Positions 27,710 through 42,700 of a DNA stretch of 64,000 nucleotides are shown in pieces; position 1 is the first letter of the stretch, and each line of letters starts with the position of its first letter. A program made the position numbers and the translations under genes. The notes beneath the pieces were generated by a model, which was not told the origin of the DNA, ran no database searches, and saw only the letters and a program-made list of their open reading frames with translations. The DNA comes from Ruditapes philippinarum (lineage: Eukaryota), in NCBI RefSeq assembly GCF_026571515.1, contig NW_026862141.1, forward strand, positions 1 through 64,000. Direction: 5' to 3'.

Positions 27710-30700
27710 GTAAGTATTATTCTTATTAATTTTACCCAGAAAACTCTTAATTTTTTTTTACTGTCTCAAAACCATCTTTAGTTAACACAATGACGCCATA
27801 TCAAAATAAGATTGATGGTTTCTTTCTCCCTCTATATACATTTTACAGACAAATTAGACAGAAATCATTTTTCAACACATTTCAACATGGTTTTGTCTTT
27901 GGAGACCTCTACTGACTTCTGTGGCTGTAATAACTTTTGTATCTGCAACTCTAACTCACTTATATGACGACATAGGTCTGGTGAACGATGTATTTGCAAC
28001 TGAAGCAGTTAATTTATTATGAGGGCATAAGTCTGGTGAACGATGTATTTGCTACTGAAGCAGTTATATGAGGGCATAAATCTGGTGAATGATCTATTTG
28101 CTACAGAAGCACTTATATGAGGGTGAACGATGTATTTACTACTAAAGCAGTTATATGAGGGCATAAGTCTGGTGAATGATGTATTTGCAACTGAAGCAGT
28201 TATATGAGGGCATAAGTCTGGTGAATGATGTATTTACTACTGAAGCAGTTATATGAGGGCATAAGTCTGGTGAACTATGTATTTGCTACTGAAGCAGTTA
28301 TATGAGGGCATAAGTCTGGTGAACCATGTATTTACTACTGAAGCAGTTATATGAGGGCATAAGTCTGGTGAATGATGTATTTACTACTGAAGCAGTTATA
28401 TGAGGGCATAAGTCTGGTGAACGATGTATTTACTACTGAAGCAGTTATATGGGGGCATAAGTCTGGTGTGAACAATGTATTTACTACTGAAGCAGTTATA
28501 TGAGGGCATAAGTCTGGTGAATGATGTATTTTTCTACTGAAGCAGGTACAGTATATGAGGGCATAAGTCTGGTGAACGATGTATTTACTACTGAAGCAGT
28601 TATATGAGGGCATAAGTCTGGTGAACAATGTATTTACTACTGAAGCAGTTATATGAGGGCATAAGTCTGGTGAACGATGTATTTACTACTGAAGTAGTTA
28701 TATGAGGGCATAAGTCTTGTGAACGATGTATTTACTACTGAAGCACTTATATGAGGGTGAACAATGTATTTACTACTGAAGGAGTTATGTGAGAGCATAA
28801 GTCTGGTGAATGATGTATTTACTACTGAAGCAGTTATATTTGGGCATAAGTCTGGTGAACTATGTATTTGCTACTGAAGCAGTTATATGAGGGCATAAGT
28901 CTGATGAATGATGTGTTTACTACTGAAGCAGGTACGGTATATGAGGGCATAAGTCTGGTGAACAATGTATTTACTACTGAAGCAGTTATATGAGGGCATA
29001 AGTCTGGTGAACGATGTATTTACTACTGAAGCAGTTATATGAGGGCATAAGTCTTGTGAACGATGTATTTGCTACTGAAGCAGTTATATGAGGGTATAAG
29101 TCTGGTGAATGATTTATTTACTACTGAAGCACTTATATGAGGGTGAACAATGTATTTACTACTGAAGCAGTTATGTGAGAGCATAAGTCTGATGAATGAT
29201 GTGTTTACTACTTAGGCAGTTATATGAGGACATAGGCCTTGAAAGCAATGTATTTCCTACTGAAAAATTTATATGAGGTTATTCTTCCAGCATTATAGAG
29301 TATTTGCAACTCAAAATTATATTGAGATAATTTATAATAGTAAATATATTTGTATGTATTATGCTTATCAAAACAGGTAAGTTCAAAAATCTGACATCTC
29401 CATTAAGGGTTACATACTGTCTTTTTATGTGTTTCTGTTAATGGTATTAATATGGTGCTTTAACCATTATCCTTTCTATCCATGCATGCAACCAGTGCAG
29501 GATCAGCTTAAACATCCATGCTGTTTGATCATGGTCTACAGTGTTTGCTCTTCAACTCAGGACATATATTATAATCAGTTCAATAAAAACAAACACTTTT
29601 CTTAGCCTGAGTCTTCTTCATTCAATTCAGGACTTATTTTGAAAGTTTTCCCTAAAATGATAAATTTGTTTTGACCAGATTGAAAGATGTGCAAGTCATA
29701 TTAGGATATTCAGAATTGTAATAATTTACGAGGAAAGTTGTAGTTTAGACTGGGTAATTCCTAGAATCATACGAACAATTGGTCTTCAAAAATATGAATA
29801 ATGCTTATTTGAAATTGTTTTGACTCTAACAAGACAAGTAAGCTGGGGATTTACTCATAATGCTATTTGTCATGTGGAAGTTATTTCTACTGTCAAATTT
29901 TAAAGAATCAGGGTCTATTCCACACCATTAAACTTTGCCATGTGTGATTTTACAGTTAACTGTTACTTTTGAATTGTAATATATAGAGGATATTGAATGA
30001 GTGTAAGTTTAATACTGAATTTATTGAACAAGTTGAATAAAATTATATTATGCGAGCCTCTGGTGAGCATAATATTATTTTATTGAACAAGTTCAATAAA
30101 TTTAGTATTTTAACTTAAATGAATTTAATATTTTTTTATCACATAACAAAAAATTACTGCTTGAAGTAAAAAAGAACTATTTTTCATTGACGCGCCTATA
30201 ATATAACAAAAACATTAAGCACGTCTTGACACTACTATGGCACGGGTATGTGATAAATATCTTTATTTCCCAGTATGTTTTATTTGTTTTTGGACATTCA
30301 AAAAAATAAATTTTGAAAATAGTTCATGTATGTAAATGTTTAGAAATTGAATAAATATGTACATGATTTCTAAACTTTTCTTTATATTATACTCTATAAA
30401 CTAAGGCAATTGTCAAATAATTTTGATACATATTATGTTTCCCTTTATATTGGTTAATTTGATTTCTTTGTTCAGGATTTAAGACACAAAGTTAAGTATT
30501 AAATAGTTTAAATATATATGAGAAAATAAAACTTCATCTTTTCACCATTTGTCTGCTAAAATTGATGCAAAGTGTTAATTTGAAAATAAATGAAGGACAT
30601 TAATTTTTCATTTATCCTATAATGTATCAAAATTGTATACAACCAGCAACTGTGAATTTGGTCAACTTCATTTATTGTATGTTACTTGAAATAACTAGTA

Positions 30701-33700
30701 AATCACAAGTAGCAGAAAAATAGTTATATGTGAAGCATTAGTTGTTGTGTGAAATCCTGGGAGATAGAAATAGTTGGTTAGTTAAACATTGACTGCACCT
30801 GTCTACTTCCCAGACTATCAATTGTTTTCCTATCTAAATGATCACTTATGTCACTAAATAGCTGAATATTTGTCAGTTTATCTTATTATCAATTGATTGA
30901 TTTGGTAAAGTCCCTGTTTTTCACATATTGTTAGGCACAGAAAAGTTTCATTTATAATATGGCCAGTTATTGAATATTACATAAAGGGGAAAATAAAAAT
31001 GCAGACATTATAAATATTTCATAATTATCCTTGCATCCTTGCATTATTCCCCCCCCCCCCAGTCTTCCTGTGAACAACATAAACCAAGCTTAATTAGCAT
31101 CATAATTAAACTTAAACCTTCATATTTAGAATGTATAATTTTGTTATGATGTAATAAGACTGTGACCCAGATATAACATTGATCTATAAGGATCAAATTT
31201 AGAAATGTCACCAGATAGAGACATTTGTGTTGTATAGACACATCTAGTTAAGATTGGTGTTAACTGGAATTCATCTTTTGAAGGAAATATGTTGTGTTAC
31301 CAATGCTTTTCAATTGAAGTAAACATGGAAGTTAATGTTTGTTGATGCCATTGTATTTTAAAAAAATAATGTGAAGGTCAATTGATAGGTCCCTACTCAG
31401 ACCTTTGATTTGAATGCCACAAAATTGACATGTGCTCTTTTGTTATCAAACATGTTGTTATGAAATTCTTATTGTATCCACTTATCTGATAATTATTATA
31501 AGACAGGTCAGGGATCTATGCATTATGACCTTTTGTTATGGTGTAAGTCAGTATGTGTAAGTCAATGTGGTCAGAAGTCAATGTTAAAGTTAATTGGAAA
31601 GTAAATGTGGTCCAATGTGAATGTTTAAATTAATGTGGTCCAATGTTAATGTGTAAGTCAATGTGGTCCAAAGTTAATGTGTAAGTCAATGTGGTCCAAT
31701 GTTAATGTGTAAGTCAATGTGGTCCAATGTTTATGTGTAAGTCAATGTGGTCCAATGTTAATGTGTAAGTTAATGTGGTCCAATGTGAATGTGTAAGTCA
31801 ATGTGGTCCAATGTTAATATTTAAGTTAATGTGGTTCAATGTTAATGCATAAGTCAATGTGGTCCAATGTTAATGTGTAAGTCAATGTGGTCCAATGTTA
31901 ATGTATAGGTCAATGTGGTCCAATGTTAATGTGTAAGTCAATGTGGTCCAATGTTTATGTATAGGTCAATGCAGTCCAATGTTAAAGTATAAGGCAATGT
32001 TGTCCAATGTAAATGTATAAGGCAATGTGGTTTAATGTTAATGTATAAGTCAATGTGGTCCAATGTTTATGTATAAGTCAATGCAGTCCAATGTTAATGT
32101 ATAAGTCAATGTGGTTCAATGTTAATGTATTAGTCAATGTGGTCCATTGTTAATGTATTAGTCAATGTGGTCCAATGTTAATGTATTAGTCAATGTGGTC
32201 CAATGTTAATGTATAAATCAATGTGGTCCAATGTTAATGTATAAGTCAATGCAGTCCAATGTTAATGTATAAGTCAATGCAGTCCAATGTTTATGTATAA
32301 GTCAATGTGGTCCAATGTTAATGAATAAGTCAATGTGGTCCAATGTTAATGTATAAGTCAATGTGGTTCAATGTTAATGTATAAGTCAATGTGGTCCAAT
32401 GTTAATGTATTAGTCAATGTGGTCCAATGTTAATGTATAAGTCAATGCAGTCCAATGTTAATGTATAAGTCAATGCAGTCCTATGTTAATGTATAAGTCA
32501 ATGTGGTCCAATGTTAATGTGTAAGTCAATGTGGTCCAATGTTAATGTATAGGTCAATGTGGTCCAATGTTAATGTATAAGTCAATGTGGTCCAATGTTA
32601 ACGTATAAGTCAATGTGGTCCAATGTTAATGTATAAGTCAATGTGGTCCAATGTTAATGTATAAGTCAATGTGGTCCAATGTTAATGTATAAGTCAATGT
32701 GGTCCAATGTTAATGTATAAATCAATGTGGTCCAATGTTAATGTATAAGTCAATGCAGTCCAATGTTAATGTATAAGTCAATGCAGTCCAATGTTAATGA
32801 ATAAGTCAATGTGGTCCAATGTTAATGAATAAGTCAATGTGGTCCAATGTTAATGTATAAGTCAATGTGGTCCAATGTTAATGTATAAGTCAATGTGGTC
32901 CAATGTTAATGTATAAGTCAATGTGGTCCAATGTTAATGTATAAGTCAATGTGGTCCAATATTAATGAATAAGTCAATGTGGTCCAATGTTAATGTGTAT
33001 GCTAATGAGATCCAAAGTTAATGCTTGGTTAGAAGTCAACATGCTTCAAAGTTAATGATTTAGTCAAAATATTTATAAGTTCATTTGTTGCTTCACCATA
33101 ATGTTTTTGTGGTCTTCAAAATAAAGGACTTTACTTTATTTATTCAGTCCACATCCAATACAATAAGGCTGTTTACTTTGATAACAACATCAACTGTGAT
33201 AATAATTCTGTCTTTATCAGGGGAAAATGAAAGTAAAATCAGGTCCTTATTACTTTTGATGATAAATTGTGCAATCCAATCTTGAGAATTGGCTTGATTT
33301 GATAGACTGGTAAACTGTTGGTTGTATTGATCAGATCAAATGTATGTTGATGATGATGAAAGTTACAACTATTATCTCCTGCCAACAATAAACCAGTCCA
33401 TATTTCACAGACATTTACTTAACTTGTTTCTCACCAGTCACTCTTTCATCTTGCCTTCTGACATTTATTTATCAAGATAGAATCTGCAGTGGTGCCACTG
33501 AAATCGCACAAATATCATAAATATCAAATCTGTGAAATCTGTGTTAATAGTTGATGAGGAAAATACAATATTATCAAATATTGATTAAACGATTAAACTG
33601 AACTTTCTTATGTTTTTTTTTTGTGCTACAGCACATTTGGTGAGATGACACTTCCAACCCAATTTTTTTTAAGCGCATCTCTAAATTGTGGAAATTATTT

Positions 33701-36700
33701 TATAACAACTGATAACCTGTTTATTTCAGATGAGAACTTTGAGCAAGGTAATTCTACTGGGACTATCACCTATTTTATTATTTGCACATGAGTTTTTATT
33801 CCATTTAAGCACTAGTAGTTGTGTTACTATAGAAAATTAACATTTTACTTACCCCTACCACTTAATAAAGCATTTTGGCACACATGGTATTTTTTGTTGT
33901 TTTCTTCCTTGAAACAATAAGGATCATTGCATATATTATTAGAAAATATGATTTGTGCATGTTTTATTTTGCATACTAAAATGTAACATAGATACAGTGT
34001 CTTGTTTGACCATTTTTAGACTGCTAATTATAGATTAGTTTGTTTATAGACAATTGGTTTCCTATCATTTCCAGGCAGCAGCAGATAAATATGATGGTAT
34101 CTACATATGTCAATAAATTTCTAAAATCTGTGTCAATGTATCACAGGTCAAGGTCATGCCACAGAAACTTGTATGTTTCTAAAATCAAATAATTTCTTGT
34201 ATGAGACTGAAATCGATATCTTGCGCTAAAAATTCGACAAATCTGAACTGTTGCTAGAAATAGTTAAAATATTTATAAACAAACTTAAAATAGTAGACTC
34301 TGTACATAATTAATTTTGCTTTTTAGTCAACATAGTTTTAGCCTACAGTATCATAATCAACACATGATGAACATGTAAATATTAATATTAAAAATCTTGG
34401 AGTAGCAAACTGTGGCTATGGTTCACGTAATCTGATGCTCTGTTTAATAAAAGTTGTTCTAAGCTGTATATAAGTCAAAAAGATTGAAGTCCTTGAGATA
34501 TGTAATTTGATGTCTTAGTGAAATGTAATTTGACATATTAGATATATGTAATTTTATGTCTTAGAAATATGTAATTTTACACCTTAGAGATATGTAATTT
34601 TGCGTCTTAAAAATGTGTAATTTGATGTCTGAGATATATTTGACTTCTTAAAGATATGTTTTGTTTGGGTCATCATCATGCTTCTAGTAGGAGGCAAAGA
34701 TATTGCCCATACAAAAAAATAACTCAATATCTTCACTCTTAGTACAATAATAGCGTACCTGTGTACATGTATATGTATTGTTAACTTTAATATGATGATT
34801 TATAAAGTTATTATCAGTTTTATTGTTCATACTGCTTGGGTGATACATGTATACCCAGCACATCAAATATAAATCTATTTTTGATTTTTAATATGGTTTT
34901 ATTCAAATATTCATACAACATTATATGAAACATTAATGATATTGATGAAATTACCATCAATAAACCTATCCATGGTTAATCAAAGTTCATTCCGTTTCAG
35001 CTCTACTGAACAAAAATGATTATTTTGCTATGAGATTAGGTGAAAGATGTTTTCTGTAACACTATGAGAGTTTCTGGAATCACTTGCCATACTTTCCAAA
35101 TTAAATAGAGAGAATCACAGTATATACATGTACAGTTAAATAGTGTTATAAGACATTTGTATTTCTATAACTGGTAAATTTGATAATTAGTATCTTGGAC
35201 TGTTAAGATTAGTTACACAATTGAATTGTGATGAAATTTATGATATTATTTTTTTTTCATACAAGCCCATTATTTGTATCAGTCTAATAATTTTGAAGCA
35301 TGTGGTAATTCCTTTCAGTAAATATCTTACCTTTTGATAGCTTGCACAATAAATTTTCTTATCTATGGACAGCAAGCACAGTGCATTTTATATACAGTGT
35401 ATTTGGAAAGCAAGCACAATGTATTCATATCTTTTGCAAGCAAGCACTGTATATTTCCCTTATTTAGGAAGCTTAAGCACTGTACATTTCCTAGTTAAGT
35501 TAATTTCCTACCTAGAGGAATCAAGCACTATACATGTTTTATCTTTGGGAAGCTAACACAATACATTTATAATTTTTAGGAAGACAGCTCCCTTTCTTTT
35601 GGATTAGTTAACACAATACATTTCCTACCATTGGTGAGCTAGCACAGTACAATTCCTCTCTTTGGGTAGTTATCACATAATATTTTCTATCTCGTGTAGG
35701 TTACTCAGTTCATTTCCTTCCTTTGGGAAGCTAAGCAGAGTAGATTTCTATCTTAAGGAAGCTAACACAGTACATTTCCTACTTTTGGGAAACTAGTAGA
35801 GTAAATATCTATCTTTAGGAAGCTTACATGGGATATTTTCTACCTCAAGAAAGCAAGATTAGTACATTCCCTATCTTTCTGAAGTCAGCACAGTGCATTT
35901 TCTATCTTTGGAAAGCTAGTAAATTACATTTTCTATCTTTGTAAGCTAGCATATTGGGTAGATAACACAATATGTCCTATCTTGAGAAGCTAGCACCATA
36001 CTCCTATCTTGAGAAGCTAGCACCATACTCCTATCTTGGGAAGCTAGCACCATACTCCTATCTTGAGAAGCTAGCACCATACTCCTATCTTGAGAAGCTA
36101 GCACCATACTCCTATCTTGAGAAGCTAGCACCATACTCCTATCTTGAGAAGCTAGCACCATCCTCCTATCTTGAGAAGCTAGCACCATACTCCTATCTTG
36201 GGTAGCTAGCACCATACTCCTATCTTGAGAAGCTAGCACCATACTCCTATCTTGGGAAGCTAGCAACATACTCCTAATCTTGGGAAGCTAGCACCATACT
36301 CCTATCTTGGGAAGCTAGCACCATACTCCTGTCTTGGGAAGCTAGCACCATACTCCTACCTTGGGAAGCTAGCACCATACTCCTATCTTGGGAAGCTAGC
36401 ACCATACATTTTCTGCATTGAGAAGCTAGCAGAGTGCATGTTTTATCTTTGGAAAGAGTGCATAGTGCCTTTCTTATCTTTTGTTAGGAAACATTGCCAT
36501 CTGATAGACAGTAAAGTTCAAACCTATGAAAGATAGGTCAATTCATTTCATATTCTATAAATAACCACCCCTTTAAATCTGGTGAATCTAGAAGAACTTC
36601 CATAGTTTATACAGCAAAACTAAGCTTTGCTTTGTAAGAAAGAAAATATTTATAGATTACATAATTAGAAAATAATTGATGTTTGTATAAGGTATACAGA

Positions 36701-39700
36701 TGTTACAGGATAAAGTTAAGTCTGCATTTTGTTTTGCAATCTGTTTGTAATTTATACTTTCTGCAGCATTACTTCCTTCTGTGTCGCTTAATACGAAATA
36801 AATTAGTATATTGTAGTGGCAAGTACAAACAAAATGCAGTTGCTCTACAGTAGACATAAAACAGCATTGTGAAAGTTTTCTATTCATTCCTAAAATAAAT
36901 AAATGTCAACAGGTTAATACTCTTTTTATGAAAGATATTTCTGCTGAATGTTACAAAAAGAATAAATATCTAAGATTACATTTTCTGTTACATAGCAAGA
37001 GCTTGAAAAAGCTGTCTGTAGTTATAATGGCTTGAAATAAAAAATAAAGAAGTAAGTTACTTTTGCAAGCATAGGTGCTTTGTGTCCTTAACTTACAATG
37101 GCTTGTAATAAAGCAGTAAGTAACAGTGTCTTGTAATAAAGCAGTAAGTAACAATGGCTTGTAATAAAGCAGTAAGTAACAATGGCATGAATATAAAGCA
37201 GTAAGAAGCAATGGCTTGTAATAAAGCAATAAGTAGCAATGGCTTGTAATAATTGTAATAAAGCAGTAAGTAGCAATGGCTTGTAATAAAGCAGTAAGTA
37301 GCAATGGCTTGTAATAAAGCAGTAAGTTACAATGGCTTGTAATAAAGCAGTAAGTAACAGTGTATTGTAATAAAGCAGTTAGTAACAATGGCTTGTAATA
37401 AAGCAGTAAGTAGCAATGGCTTGTAAGAAAGCAGTTATTTACAATGGCTTGTAATAAAGCAGTAAGTAACAATGGCTTGTAATAAAGCAGTAGGTAACAA
37501 TGGCTTGTAATAAAGCAGTAAGTTACAATGACTTGTAATAATGCAGTAAGTAACAATGGCTTGTAATAAAGCAGTTATTTACAATGGCTTGTAATAAAGC
37601 AGTAAGTAACAATGGCTTGTAATAAAGCAGTAAGTAACAATGGCTTGTAATAAAGCAGTAAGTTACAATGGCTTGTAATAAAGCAGTAAGTTACAATGGC
37701 TTGTTAATAAAGCAGTAAGTTACAATGACTTGTAATAAAGCAGTAAGTGACAATGGCATGTAATAAAGCAGTAAGTTACAAAGACCTGTAATAAAGCAGT
37801 AAGTTACAATGGCTGGTAATTAAACAGTAAATTACATGGCTTGTAATAAAGCAGTGAGTTACAATGACTTATAAAAAAGCAGTGAGTAATACAAGGTCTT
37901 GTTATAAAGCAGTGCATTACAATGTCTTGTAATAAAGCAGTGAGTTACAATGGCTACAAGAGATTGAAGTAAGATGACTTGAAATAAAGCATTTTGTTTT
38001 ATAGAGACTGATTAGCTTGAAATTAGGCAGTGACTTACAGCAATTACCAGATTGTCTCTAAATTAAACATTAAGTTATAGAGGCTGCATTGCCATTATTA
38101 AACAAGGATTTATGAGGGAATTTGCAATGTCATCAAGTAATCATGAAGTTAACAAGCAGACAGTATATGTTGCACTATGTGAAATGTGCAATTATAAAAT
38201 CTGAAAATACAGTCTGCCTGATTGTTTAGCTGGGGATAATTTCCGTGTTAAAGTACTATTATAGATTTACTTGGTGAAAAAACAGGAAGTTTATAGCATG
38301 TAATGAAGCGTTATTAACTAGAAATGACATGCAATATAATGATTTTGCTTAGTTATCATTATACTTAACAAGATATTAGATTTTGGAACAAAAAGAGTTT
38401 GAAATGACCACCAAAATCAATCATAGACAAGTAATGTATGAGATATCTGACTTCCCCATTATCTGTGACTCCCACTTCATCTGTGCATGAAAAATAAAAC
38501 AATGCTGCTGCATTGAATAAATTGTTACACTCTTAACCATTTTTTCTTGTATTTAAGTTATCTATCTTAATTTTTATGCCCCCACAATGTGGGAGCATAT
38601 AGCGTTGCACTTGTCCGTCCGTCCGTCTGTCCGTCAGTCCGTCCGTCAGTCCATCCGTACGTCCCGAAATCTTGTGAACGCAACTCCTCTTAAACCGGAT
38701 GGCAGATTTTGCTTAAACTTACAGGGATGAACAACCTTAATGTGTAGATGGTAGTAAAGGAAGGAATTTTTGCTGCGACCAAATTTAACAGAATTATGGC
38801 CCTTTGTTGATTTTTTCACTTTATACTATGTAGAAATTTTGTGAACGCAACTCCTCTTAAACCGGATGGCAGATTTTGCTTAAACTTACAGAGATGAACA
38901 ACCTTAAGGTGTAGATGGTAGTAAAGGAAGGAATTTTTGCTGCGACCAAATTTAACAGAATTATGGCCCTTTGTTGATTTTTTCACTATATACTATGTAG
39001 AAATTTTGTGAACGAAACTCCTCTTAAACCGGATGGCAGATTTTGCTTAAACTTACAGGGATGAACAACCTTAAGGTGTGGATGGTAGTAAAGGAAGGAA
39101 TTTTTGCTGCGACCAAATTTAACAGAATTATGGCCCTTTTGATTTTTTTCACTATATACTATGTAGAAATTTTGTGAATGCAACTCCTCTTAAACCGGAT
39201 GGTAGATTTTGCTTAAACTTCCAGGGATGAACAACCTTAATGTGTAGATGGTAGTAAAGGAAGAAATTTTTGCTGCGACCAAATTTAACAGAATTATGGC
39301 CCTTTGTTGATTTTTTCACTCTATACTATGTAGAAATTTTGTGAACGCAACTCCTCTTAAACTGGATGGCAGATTTTGCTTAAACTTACAGGGATGAACA
39401 ACCTTAAGGTGTAGATGGTAGTAAAGGAAGGAATTTTTGCTGCGACCAAATTTAACAGAATTATGGCCCTTTGTTGATTTTTTCACTTTATACTATGTAG
39501 AAATTTTGTGAATGCAAACCGGATGGCAGTTTTTGCTTAAACTTCCAGGGATTAACAACCTTAATGTGTAGATCGTAGTAAAGGAAGGATTTTTTGCTGC
39601 GACCAAATTTAACAGAATTATGGCCCTTTGTTGATTTTTAGTTTTCAACTTGTGGCACATGTAGTCCAAAAAATATTTGACCTAGAGTCATAAGATTGAC

Positions 39701-42700
39701 AGAACAGTGGTGTGTGGGGGCATCAGTGTCCTATGGACACATTTCTAGTTGTAATATAACTTGTGGTGCAGTTGACATATTTGCTATATTTGAGATTGAC
39801 GATTTGATTGCATGACACCTATCAGAGGATGAAATTAATGAATCACTACATAAAATAAATGGAAAATTTCAAACAAAAGATTTGTGATATTGTTGTAGGA
39901 AAACAATTTCTTGTATTGATCTATTCATTATATCCATCCTGTCATAATTGATTTGTCCATGTATTTGCCATTGTCTGTTTTCATTATGGTAAAGAATAAA
40001 CAAAAACTATTGATGTATTGTCATTACTGATAATGTTGACTGTTTCTAATAGTACCATAACATTGACCTCATACGGTAGGTATTGATGAATATTTAAACT
40101 ATAATCATAACACTGACCTCATATGGTATTGTTGAATATTTAAAATATAACCATAACACTGACCTCATACGGTAGGTATTGATGAATATTTAAACTATAA
40201 CCATAACATTGACCTCATACGGTATTGTTGAATATTTAAAATATAACCATAACACTGACCTCATACGGTAGGTATTGATGAATATTTAAACTATAACCAT
40301 AACACTGACCTCATATGGTATTGTTGAATATTTAAAATATAACCATAACACTGACCTAATACGGTAGGTATTGATGAATATTTAAACTATAACCATAACA
40401 CTGACCTCATATGGTATTGTTGAATATTTAAACTATAACCATAACATTGACCTCATACGGTAGGTATTGATGAATATTTAAACTATAACCATAACATTGA
40501 CCTCATACGGTATTGTTGAATATTTAAACTATAACCATAACATTGACCTCATACAGTATTGTTGAATATTTAAAATATAACCATAACATTGACCTCATAC
40601 GGTATTGTTGAATATTTAAAATATAACCATAACACTGACCTCATACGGTATTGTTGAATATTTAAAATATAACCATAACATTGACCTCATACGGTATTGT
40701 TGAATATTTAAACTATAACCATAACACTGACCTCATAGGGTATTGTTGAATATTTAAAATATAACCATAACACTGACCTCATAGGGTATTGTTGAATATT
40801 TAAAATATAACCATAACACTGACCTCATATGGTATTGTTGAATATTTAAAATATAACCATAACACTGACCTCATACGGTATTGTTGAAAATTTAAAATAT
40901 AACCATAACATTGACCTTGTACAGTATTGTTGAATATTTAAAATATTACCATAACACTGACCTTGTACGGTATTGTTGAATATTTAAAATATAAACCATA
41001 ACACTGACCTCATATGGTATTGTTGAATATTTAAAATATAACCATAACACTGACCTCATATGGTATTGTTGAATATTTAAAATATAACCATAACACTGAC
41101 CTCATATGGTATTGTTGAATATTTAAAATATAACCATAACATTGACCTTGTACGGTATTGTTGAATATTTAAAATATAACCATAACACTGACCTTGTACG
41201 GTATTGTTGAATATTTAAAATATAACCATAACACTGACCTCATATGGTATTGTTGAAAATTTAAAATATAACCATAACACTGACCTCATACGGTATTGTT
41301 GAATATTTAAAATATAACCATAACACTGACCTCATAGGGTATTGTTGAATATTTAAAATATAACCATAACACTGACCTCATATGGTATTGTTGAATATTT
41401 AAAATATAACCATAACACTGACCTCATACGGTATTGTTGAATATTTAAAATATAACCATAACACTGACCTCATATGGTATTGTTGAATATTTAAAATAAA
41501 ACCATAACACTGACCTCATACGGTGTTGTTGAATATTTAAAATATAACCATAATACTGATCTTATTCAGAAGTGTTGAATGTTTATTTAACAAGAACTAT
41601 GGCACTAATACCTTATACAGCATGATTGTTGAATGTTGCAATCTACTTTTTGCTCATAGGAGGCTATGTCATTACACCCCTATTAAAGGTGGCTCTTGTA
41701 TGGTCTCACATTTTGGTAATCTGTTTAAATGAGAGCTATCAACATTTCCATTGTAGAGCCATCGACCAAATCAAAGCTGAAAAGGTAAACACAGTTTAAA
41801 AATATCTGATTTCAAGAACATGCTTGTGTTTCAGATTTTGAAGAATGCTTTGCCACGCAGATCATTTTTCGCATCATTTTGAATTCAATTTCGATACAAA
41901 ATACCTCAAAATGATGTTGCTAGAATTTTTACTTTTAATGCCATGGGAATGCCATGGTGTCTAAATGTTTTAATTTCACTTTGGCTAAATGTGTCAATGC
42001 TATTGGGTCTAAATGTTGTAATGTCATAAGGACTAACTGTTTAAATGCTATTAGACCTGTAATAAAATATTGTCTGATTTCCCTAACTGCCTGCAAATTA
42101 TATAATATATATATTATTGCTACCCAAAATATTTTTGCCAAATAAAAAATATTGTTTACTGAATATAGAAGCAGAGTCTGTATATGAAAATTATTATCAT
42201 AACATCTTTATGTCTGTCTCAGGTTTTTTTGCATTATACGTTATAGTTGTATAAACTGGGATTTATATGAAACAGATGCTATAAGCATTCACAAGTTATT
42301 TTTGAAATCCATATCAATCAGATATAAGTATGTTCAATAAAAATGTTTTGGATGAAAATACATCTTACCGACCTCCCTACTCTACTCAAACTGGCAAAGG
42401 TTGCAGGACAGGTTAAAGTCTAAATGTTTCAAGTCATTAGGACGAAATGTTTTATAATGTCATTGGAATGGTATAAGTACCTTATTTTTAATGTTATGAG
42501 AACTATATGTTTTAATGTCATGGGGATTAATGTTTCCATGGTCATACATTATGTTCAATGTCATGGTGATTAAATGTTTCAATGGTCATACATTATATTC
42601 AATGTCATGGGGAATAAATGTTTCAATGGTATATGTACCTTATGTTCAATGTCATGGGGATTAAATGTTTCAATGGTCATACATTATGTTTAATGTCATG

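Noticed and set aside
33632-33639. 8-nt microexon (tgctacag|CACATTTG|gtgaga)
   Set aside because: Splice signals are good but the length breaks the frame, with no compensating partner found.
35946-37556. Repeat ORFs (MVLASQDRS; LLLTALLQ)
   Set aside because: Translations of the 27- and 28-bp minisatellites.
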